Source: Macrostomum lignano
Taxonomy: Eukaryota
Assembly: GCA_002269645.1 (NCBI GenBank)
Contig: NIVC01005108.1
Coordinates: forward strand, 1-26,142
DNA: 26,142 nucleotides
Direction of reading: 5' to 3'
Shown: piece by piece, positions 1 to 10,400 of the stretch
How positions within the stretch are numbered: position 1 is the stretch's first letter
Layout: each line of letters opens with the position of its first letter
Made by a program: the position numbers and the translations under genes
Notes under the pieces: model-generated
Told to the model about the DNA's origin: nothing
Databases searched by the model: none
What the model saw: only the letters and a program-made list of their open reading frames with translations

Positions 1-66
1 CGACAAGCCGCTTGCCGGTGGCCTCCGCTCCTGCCACCTGCCGCCCGAGGTGCTGATGAGGGCCAT
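1..66 (+). CDS. Partial internal exon of a protein-kinase-like gene (subdomain VIII region)
   Basis: Frame from base 2 reads DKPLAGGLRSCHLPPEVLMRA(M). HLPPE resembles the kinase YxAPE motif. It ends at a GT donor (67-68) just before the (ACTA)n tract and joins in phase to the AG acceptor at 308-309. Confidence 0.5.
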
Positions 67-77
67 GTATAGATTCC

Positions 78-273
<196 letters not shown>

Positions 274-309
274 GACTCAATAACTATGCCATGCTCCATC
301 CCTACCCAG

Positions 310-677
310 GCCGTGGGCTGCAGCGCTGACTGGTTCAGCTACGCACGCTGGCCTTCTGGCTGCTGCACCGCCGTTTTCCCATTGTGCCGCCGAGATTCGT
401 CACCGACATCGCCGACTTCGCCAGCCACATGGCTGGCCGGGCTTCGCCGAGCTCGAGCGCGCGTTCGCTAACAAAGTGAGCCGAGTCTACCGAACTCGTC
501 ATCGCCCTGCTGCAGCCGCGGCCGTCTCGGCGGCCAGTGGGATTCTGCGGTTTCGCCGAGCACGCCAGCTGCTGGTGGAGAGCCGCCTGTTCCCCGGCGG
601 TCACCGAGGCTGAGCAGCTGCGCCGGCTGGTTGAGTCCAACCGCCTGCTGCCGCCGTTCCTGCCGCTGCCGCTGTAG
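310..677 (+). CDS. Terminal exon of the kinase-like gene (subdomains IX-XI), frameshifted as assembled
   Basis: Pieces in three frames join to MPW(G)CSADWFSY(G)TLAFWLLHRRFPIVPPRFVTDIADFASHMAG-GFAELERAFANK--AESTELVIALLQPRPSRRPVGFCG...LPPFLPLPL*. DWFSYGTL matches kinase subdomain IX (DxWSxG) and LVIALLQPRPSRRP matches subdomain XI. Stop TAG at 675-677. Needs indels at ~315-317, 343, ~438 and ~476-480. Confidence 0.5.
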
Positions 678-1395
678 GGCGAAGGCCAGAGGCGACTCGG
701 GCTTGAAGGAGGTCACTTTCTGAAGGCATGAGCAGTGATGGACGATGGACGAACGATAAACGACTGCTGCTATGGCCGGACATTTCCCAAGCATGTCCTG
801 CTGTGGGTGTCCCTTTATGGGTGTTTTGAGATTCTGTGGGTGTTTTGGGGTTTGTGGTATTTTGTGATTTCTTGTGTTGTGCTCGGGTTTTAAAGCTGTT
901 TTTGTCACAAGAAGTCTCAGTCCAATCAGTCATGAAGATTGTGAGATTTATTATCACTAAATGCGTCTCGCACTTTTAGCACAGTCTAACACTTTATCTC
1001 GTGACTTTATTCTCGAAAAATGGTAACCGGCAGCTCTGTTATTAAGTTTGTTACATGTAAAAATATTTCACAAAAATTGTTCTGCTTGATCGACCATACC
1101 TAAACTCAATGTAATTTTTATTCGACTGGAGTTTATCATGTCTGTTTCCTTAATCAGACAAGAAAACACTTTTCAAGCTTTTCCAACGCTTTATAATAAA
1201 ACAAACAGTATCCAATATTTATTTCCGGTGCAATGTCCTCACGCAGTCGTTATTTTCGGTTTGGGCGGAATTTTAAACAGCAAAAATTCTAAGAATCAGT
1301 TTAAATCTTCACTCTTTTCAGCGAGGCCTTGTGGATAATTTGCTAAAAAATCTGCGAAAAAAAAATTGCAAAATAATCAACAGAATCGTCTGAGA

Positions 1396-1457
1396 ATGTC
1401 GCGAGACAGACTGCCGGACCTGAGGCGGGCGATGGCTTTGGGGAGGATGCTGCTCAG
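1396..1457 (+). CDS. STX1: Syntaxin exon 1 (N-peptide)
   Basis: ATG 1396, [16 protein letters not shown] (compare the syntaxin N-peptide MRDRLPDL/MKDRTQEL); donor CAG|GTGAGA at 1458. Confidence 0.8.
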
Positions 1458-4400
1458 GTGAGAACTGCATCTGATTGACCAGTGCGACTGCTCGACAGTG
1501 GACTGTCTGACAATGGGACTGTCTGACAATGGGACTGTCTGACAATGGAACTGTCTGATAGTGGGACTGTCTGACAATGGGACTGTCTGACAATGGACTA
1601 TCTGACAATGGGACTGTCTGATAGTGGACTGTCTGACTATGGACTATCTGACAATTCTGACAATGAGACTATCTGACAATGGGACTATCTGACAATGGGA
1701 CTATCTGACAATGGGACTGTCTGACAATGGGACTATCTGACAATGGGACTATCTGACAATAGGACTATCTGACAATGGGACTGTCTGACAATGGGACTAT
1801 ATGACAATGGGACTATCTGACAATGGGACTATCTGACAATGGGACTATCTGACAATGGACTATCTGACAATGGGACTATCTGACAATGGGACTATCTGAC
1901 AATGGGACTATCTGACAATGGGACTATCTGACAATGGGACTATCTGACAATGGGACTATCTGACAATGGGACTGTCTGACAATGGGACTGTCTGACAGTG
2001 GACTGTCTGACAATGGGACTACTGACAATGGGACTGACAATGGGACTGTCTGACAGTGGGACTGTCTGACAATGGGACTCTGCGCCCGCAAATTCGCGCT
2101 AAGATCGTGCCAGACGAAGAAGAGCTCGGCGACGAGAACTTTTCGATGGAACCGGACGATCAGCCGGGCAGGCGCGGAGACCCAGCGTTGGCAGCGGCCG
2201 CGCAACTCCGAAGGCTTCATGGACGATTTTTTCGCTGACGTCGACGCTGTCCGTCGCCTGATTAACGAAATCGAAGCTAGCGTCTGCAGCGTCAGGATGA
2301 AGCACTCGCACATCCTGGCCTCGCCAAACAACGACCAGAGTGAGTTTCTGCGGAGTGAAATCACTCTCTAGACTCTTGACTGATCGGAGTGAACTCACTC
2401 TGGCACACCATGACTGATCTCAGTGAACTCACCCACCCTTGAGCAGGCAGTTTCTGCTTCAAATCTTCATTATTCAGGACCCAAATCCATTTGTTGCAGA
2501 AACAAAGGAAGAACTTGAAGTCCTGATGCAGAACATCAAGACCAACGCTAACAAAGTGCGAATGAAGCTCAAAGGTTCGTGCTACTGTTTATTGGGATCA
2601 TTATCCCCTCAGAGCTCATTGGGATCATTATCCCCCCGCCACTCATTAGGATCATTATCCCCCCACCAGATTTCATTGGGATCATTAACCCCCACCAGAG
2701 ATCATTGGGATCATTAAACCCCACCAGAGATCATTGGGATCATTATCCCCCACCAGAGATCATTGGGATCATTATCCCCCACCAGATTTCATTGGTGATC
2801 ATTAACCCCCCGGAGTTCATTGGGATCATTATCCCCCCAGAGTTCATTGGGATCATTATCCCCCAGAGTTCATTGGGATCATTATCCCCCACCAGAGATC
2901 ATTGGGATCATTATCCCCACCAGATTTCATTGGTGATCATTAACCCCCGGAGTTCATTGGGATCATTATCACATTCATTAACAGCTGACAGTCAGGTCAC
3001 ATAGCAACCGACTCCCATCGAATCTCCAGCCGTTGAGCAGGGTCTTGAGCAGAGTGAGCTGTCCGACGTGGATCCACAGCCGACGTGCGAATCCGCAAAA
3101 CCCAGGTAAATTTCTGCTTTTACTGTTGCAGATTCTGACAGAAAAACAGGAAAGAAATTAATCGGCTTTCCCGCTCAGTCCAACACAAGAGCCTCTTAAA
3201 AATTTTTGCATAAATTATTTTGCTAAAATCTCCGAAATACCAGAAAGTTTTAAAGCATTATTGCTTTGCAGCACTCGACAATCACGCGAAAGTTCATAGA
3301 GACAATGAGCGAGTACAACAGGGCCCAGTTGGAGTACCGCAGCGGCTGCAAGGCTCGGATTAGACGCCAGATGGAGATCAGTAATCCGAGGCTTAGTTCG
3401 ATTTTGGCTAGACTCCTGTGCTGACTGTGGCGCTGGTGAAGGCAAAATATTTACCAGATATTAGTTGCACGCTGGCCCCTATTGGTGCGATCGTTTTGGC
3501 GGGTTAATTTTAATGAATCTTCTCTCTCTGTGCACACTTGATTGCGACTCAGTGGCTGCCGGTTCTTATCTCTCTGTACACACTTGATTGGACTCAGTGG
3601 CTGCGGTTCTTATCTCTCTGTACACACTTGATTGGACTCAGTGGCTGCCGGTTCTTATCTCTCTGTACACACTTGATTGGACTCAGTGGCTGCCGGTTCT
3701 TATCTCTCTGTACACACTTGATTGGACTCAGTGGCTGCCGGTTCTTATCTCTCTGTACACACTTGATTGAACTCTTATGGCTGCCGGTTCTTATCTCTCT
3801 GTACACACTTGATTGAACTCTATGGCTGCCGGTTCTTATCTCTCTGTACACACTTGATTGAACTCTATGGCTGCCGGTTCTTATCTCTCTGTACACACTT
3901 GATTGAACTCTATGGCTGCCGGTTCTTATCTCTCTGTACACACTTGATTGACTCTATGGCTGCCGGTTCTTATCTCTCTGTACACACTTGATTGGACTCA
4001 GTGGCTGCCGGTTCTTATCTCTCTGTACACACTTGATTGAACTCTATGGCTGCCGGTTCTTATCTCTCTGTGCACACTTGCACACTTGCACACTTGAACT
4101 CTATGGCTGCCGGTTCTTATCTCTCTGTACACACTTGATTGGACTCAGTGGCTGCCGGTTCTTATCTCTCTGTACACACTTGATTGAACTCTATGGCTGC
4201 GGTTCTTATCTCTCTGTGCACACTTGCACACTTGCACACTTGAACTCTATGGCTGCCGGTTCTTATCTCTCTGTACACACTTGATTGGACTCTATGGCTG
4301 CCGGTTCTTATCTCTCTGTACACACTTGATTGGACTCTATGGCTGCCGGTTCTTATCTCTCTGTACACACTTGATCTCGCGTATCCGCGTACCTCCCATA

Positions 4401-7400
4401 TTTTACTCCGAAACACAATATTATTTAGAAAGTGTCTATTGATAAAAATAATTTTAGTAGCCTTGTGTTCACCCGAATCTCAGTCTGGCTCAATAACAGG
4501 TATAAAAACTGGCTTCTGTTTTTGGGGAGTGCTAGATGTCTGGGGATCCACTGGGGCGCTGAGCTGCAGAAGAGCGTCATAAAAAGCTTGCAGCAGGCAC
4601 CAGGCTGAACTGAATGCCTGCGTGCCAAACTGCTGAAGCCTCAATTTGATTGACTGCACTATTCGATGTGGCCGCTTGTTGAGTGACGCCCCACTTCGCT
4701 TCCAGTGACTTGTCGTTGCATTATTAATTTGCACGTCAGCCGATTGCAGAAAAATCCAATCAAAAGTGTCAGTTGAAAGTGAAATTTTAAATCATTTTCA
4801 GCAGCTGCTCAGATATCTTAGAGACCTAACTCGTTCCCCACCTCTCTCTCAGACCTCTCTCCAGGTCTCCCTCCCTCCGATTTCTGCGTCAGATCTCTCT
4901 GCATCAGATCTCTCATAAGATCTCTCATCAGATCTCTCATCAGATCTCTCATCAGATCTCTCATCAAATCTCTCATCAGAATCTCTCATGAGATCTCTCA
5001 TCAGATCTCTCATCAAATCTCTCATCAGATCTCTCATCAGATCTCTCATCAGATCTCTCATCAGATCTCTCATCAAATCTCTCATCAGATCTCTCATGAG
5101 ATCTCTCTCATCAAATCTCTCATCAGATCTCTCATCAGATCTCTCATCAGATCTCTCATCAGATCTCTCATCAGATCTCTCATGAGATCTCTCTCATCAA
5201 ATCTCTCATCAAATCTCTCATCAGATCTCTCATCAGATCTCTCATCAGATCTCTCATCAGATCTCTCATCAGATCTCTCATGAGATCTTTCATCAGCTCT
5301 CTCAGATCCTCGCAGAGGATACCTACTGACATGCAGAGCTTCTCTAGTGAAGCCGTCAGTCAGAGCAGCGCGGCCCGCACCCACCGCAATTCCAGCACCT
5401 GACGCTTTCCCGCAAATTTGTGGACGCCATCAGCCGCTACAACGCCTGCCAGATCGCCTTCAGGCAGGGCTGCAAGGCGAAGATTTCTCGCCATTTAGCG
5501 CTCAGTAAGAAAGCTGCTCTGCGAGCTCGTGGCTTTGAGCTTGAGAAGCATTCAGGCTTGTGCCCGCTCGAATCTTGATTGTTTGTTGCATTGCACGGTG
5601 CTTTGTTATTTTTATGCCTTGTTGTGGCTTTGGGCAGCACATTCTGTTGTTAACAGGCGCCCGCCCAGCCATTTGTCAACAATACTGAGTGCTCGCGAAC
5701 TACAGAGCTTGAAAAAAATTTGAGAATTGACTTCTGCTGCTAGAAGAAATCTTTATGGCTATTTCCGCTGCTTGAGGACCGTTCTTCTGGTATAAAAGAA
5801 AATGTTTCCGCTCGTCTGTCTTTTTTCTGCTTCGAACTTGCTATATCCTATATACTAAAAATGAGTTGTCTGTGGGTATGCGATAGATTTCAGAAAAAAT
5901 GGCTCAACCGATTTTCTTCAAACTTGCACCATTCGATCAGAAATTCTCCTGGGACGGTACATGCATCTTGGCTAAGAAATTGCTATATATTAAAGGATTA
6001 AATATTCGAAAAACATGCTTTTTTGCAAAGGTCAAGCAAAATTTTCGACTTGAAATGCATTGTAAGAATGCTAGAGAAAAAACTGACTGGCTGAATTTCA
6101 ATTCTGATAAAGATTGCATCACAACAAGTAGAAAACAGTGCCGAAGAAATGCACACACGACTTGATTTAAATTGCGTAACCAATATTGCTAACTTGAATT
6201 GAAACTGATACTGGCTGACTGAGAAATTGATTTTGTCATAACTTTTTACTCTAATTGACTTGCTGTAAGAATTGAATTATAAGGGCCACAATTGATGTAC
6301 TCCAATTGAAAGAGATAGCCCAGATGCGAACAGACTGGAATGCTAATGTAGCGACCTGGGTTCGAATCTTAGTAGTGCAAAATAATTTTTTTATTAAAAC
6401 ACCTTGAAAACATGAAACTGCTAAACATAAAAGAAGCACAATGTCAAACATATCAGTGGCACCATGTCGAACATTAAAGAGCCACCATGCCAAACATAAA
6501 CGAGCCACCATGTCAAGCATTAAAAAGCCACCATGTCAAACATATTTGTGACTCCATGTAAAACATATATACGTGACTCCATGTCAAACATAAAAGAGCC
6601 ACCATGTCAAACGTAAAAGAACCGACATGTTGAACATTAAAGAGCCACCATGTCAAACGTAAAAGAACCACCATGTCGAACTTTAAAGAGCCACCATGTC
6701 AAACGTAAAAGAACCGACATGTCGAACATTAAAGAGCCACCATGTCAAACATTAAAGAGCCACCATGTCAAAATTAAAGAGCCACTTTGTCATACTTAAA
6801 AGAGCCACCATGTCAAACATTAAAGAGCTACCATGTCAAACATAAAAAAGCCACCATGTCAAACTTTAAAGAGCCACCACGTCGAACGTGAAAAAGCCAC
6901 CATGTCAAGCATAAAAGAGCCACCATGTCTAACAATAAAGAACCACTTTTTCGAACATTAAACAGCCACCATGTCAAATGTAAAAGAACCGACATGTCGA
7001 ACATTAAAGAGCCACGATGTCAAACATTAAAGAGCCACCATGTCAAAAATTAAAGAGCCACTTTGTCATACTTAAAAGAGCCACCATGTCGAACATTAAA
7101 GAGCTACCATGTCAAACATAAAAAAGCCACCATGTCAAACTTTAAAGAGCCACCACTTCGAACGTGAAAAAGCCACCATGTCAAACATAAAAGAGCCACC
7201 ATGTCTAACAATAAAGAACCACCATGTCGAACATTAAAGAGCTACCATGTCAAGCATAAAAGAGCCGACATGTCGAAAATTAAAGAGCTACCATGTCAAA
7301 CATTAACGAGCCACCATGTCAAACATTAAAGAGCCACTTTGTCGAAAATTAAAGAGCTACCATGTCAAACATAAAAGAGCCAACATGTCGAAAATTAAAG

Positions 7401-10400
7401 AGCCACCATGTCAAACGTAAAAGAACCACCATGTCGAACATTTAAGAGCTACAATGTCAAACATTTAAGAGCCACCATGTCAAACGTAAAAGAACCACCA
7501 TGTCGAACATTTAAGAGCTACAATGTCAAACATTAAAGAGCCACCATGTCAAACATTAAAGAGCCACCATGTCAAACATAAAGGAGCCACTTTTTCGAAC
7601 ATTAAAGAGCCACCACGTTGAACATTAAAGAGCCACCATGTCGAACATTAAAGAACCACCATGTCAAACATTAAAGAGCCACCATGTCAAATAATAAAGA
7701 GCCACCATGTCAAACATTTAAGAGCCACCATGAAAAAAATTTAAAGAGCCACCATGTCTAACATTAAAGAGCCACCATGTCCAACATGCAACATTAAAGA
7801 GCCACCATGTCCAACATATATGTGACTCCATGTCGAACATTAAAGAGCCACCATGTCGAACGTTAAAGAGCCACCATGTCGAACATAAAAGAGCCACCAT
7901 GTAAAACATTAAAGAGCCACCATGTCTAACATTAAAGAGCCACCATGTCGAACGTTAAAGAGCCACCATGTCAAACATTAACGAGTCACCATGTCAAGCG
8001 TATACGTGACTCCATGTCAAACATTAAAGAGCCATCATTTCAGACATTAAAGTGTCACCATGTCGAACATTAAAAAGCCACCATGTCCAACATTAAAGAG
8101 CCACCATGTCTAACATATATGTGACTCCAAGTCGAACATTAAAGAGCCACCATGTCCAACATGCAACATTAAAGAGCCACCATGTCCAACATATATGTGA
8201 CTCCATGTCGAACATTAAAGAGCCACCATGTCGAACGTTAAAGAGCCACCATGTCGAACATAAAAGAGCCACCATGTAAAACATTAAAGAGCCACCATGT
8301 CTAACATTAAAGAGCCACCATGTCGAACGTTAAAGAGCCACCATGTCAAACATTAACGAGTCACCATGTCAAGCGTATACGTGACTCCATGTCAAACATT
8401 AAAGAGCCATCATTTCAGACATTAAAGTGTCACCATGTTGAACGTTAAAGAGCCACCATGTCGAACATTAAAGAGCCACCATGTAAAGCATATATGTGAC
8501 TCCATGCCAAATATATACATGACTCCATGTCTAACACATACATGACTCCATGTCAAACATTAAAGAGCCACCCTGTCGAACGTTAAAGAGCCACAATGTA
8601 GAACATTAAAGAGCCACCATGTCGAACGTTAAAGAGCCACCATGTCGAACATTAAAGAGCCACTTTGTCAAACATAGAAGAGCCACCATGTCAAACATAG
8701 AAGAGCCACCATGTCAGACATTGGAAGCCACCGTATCAAACATAAAAGAGTTACCATGTTGAACAAAAAAGAGCCACAATGTAGAACATAAAAGAGCCAC
8801 CCTGTTAAACATAAAATATACACAATTTCAAATGTAAAAGTAAGTGAATTTTAAAGGAGCCGCTATAATGCTAAAGAAATTGTCGCACTAGCTACTTATT
8901 GTCTGGTGGATGCTTGCTATTTGGGGATGCTATCTATCTTGGGATGCTTGCTATCTGGGGGATGCTTGCTATCTGGGGATGCTTGCTATCTGGGGGATGC
9001 TTGCTATCTGGGGGATGCTTGCTATCTGGGGGATGCTTGCTATCTGGGGGATGCTTGCTATCTGGGGGATGCTTGCTATCTGGGGGATGCTTGCTATCTG
9101 GGGGATGCTTGCTATCTGGGGGATGCTTACTATCTGGGGGATGCTTGCTGTCTTGCGATGATTTCTTTTTGCATTGCACTTCATTTGAGTATTTTGTCTG
9201 TTTTCTTTGTGAAGGCTTTATTTCGCTATTTTTTGTTACTTACTTGTAGAGAACAGAGACTCTATATAGATGTCCCCAACGGGGGGCAAAGATTGCTAGT
9301 CCTATATACTAAAAATGAGTTGTCTGTATGTATGTATGTATATGGGTATGCGATTGATTTCAGAAAAAACGGCTCAACCGATTTTCTTCAAACTTGCATC
9401 ATTCGATCAGAAATTTTCCTGGCACAGTACATGCATCTTGGCTAAGAAATTGCTCAATGTTAAAGGGATTAAATATTCGAAAAACACGCTTTTTTGCAAA
9501 GGTCAAGCAAAATTTTCGACTTGAAATGCATTGTAAGAATGCTAGAGAAAAAACTGACTGACTGAATTTCAATTCTGATAAAGATTGCATCACAACAAGT
9601 TGAAAACAGTGCCGAAGAAATGCACACACGACTTGATTGAAATTGCGTAACCATATTGCTAACTCGAAGTGAGACTGATACTGGCTGACTGAGAAATTGA
9701 TTATGTCATAACTTTTTACTCCAATTGACTTGCTGTAAGAATTGAATTATAAGGGCCACAATTCATGTTCTCCAATTGAAAAGAGATAGCCCTGATGCGA
9801 ACAGACTGGAATGCTAATGTAGCGACCTGGGTTCGAGTCTTAGAAGCGCAAAATAATTTTTTTATTAAAACACCTTAAAAACTAAAAAACTGCTAAACAT
9901 AAAAAAAGCGCAATAGAAGAGCCACCATGTCAAACCTAAAGGAGCCACCATGTCGAACATTAAAGAACCACCATGTCGAACATAAAAGAGCCACCATATC
10001 GAACATAAAAGAGTTACCATGTTAAAAATTAAAGAGCCACCATGTCGAACATAGAAGAGCCACCATGTCGAACATAGAAGAGCCACCATGTCAAACATTA
10101 AAGAGCCACCATATCAAACATAAAAGAGTTACCATGTCAAACATTAAAGAGCCACATTGTCAAGCATTAAAGACCCACCATTTCAAACCTAAAATAGTTA
10201 CCATGTCAAACATTCAATAGCCACCATGTCAAACATTAAAGAGCCACCATGTCGAACATAAAAGAGCCACCATATTAAACATAAAAGAGTTACCATGTCA
10301 AACATTAAAGAGCCACCATGTCGAACATTAAAGAGCCACCATGTCAAACATTAAAGAGCCACATTGTCAAGCATTAAAGACCCACCATTTCAAACCTAAA

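Larger units (their letters stand above)
5846..9299 (+). mobile_element. Non-autonomous Helitron-like element, copy 1
   Basis: 5' A|TCCTATATACTAAAAATGAG; 3' GC hairpin TGTCCCC-AACG-GGGGGCA (9271-9288) then CTAG (9296-9299). No TSD or TIR; no Rep/helicase ORF. Confidence 0.8.

Noticed and set aside
335-957. Minus-strand ORFs at the window start
   Set aside because: They are antisense shadows of the GC-rich plus-strand exon, which has splice sites and kinase-like motifs.
3521-4375. CRISPR-like appearance of the 45-bp and 23-bp arrays
   Set aside because: There are no unique spacers or cas genes, and the context is eukaryotic and intronic.
4425-4734. Minus-strand ORFs with QWIPRHL, faintly like retroelement RNase H (QWIPxH)
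   Set aside because: A single short motif with no other RNase H or RT motifs; also not a third copy of exon 5.
6309-6380. Functional tRNA-Ser(GCT) gene
   Set aside because: No acceptor-stem pairing, a degenerate D-arm and no long variable arm; reported only as tRNA-derived.
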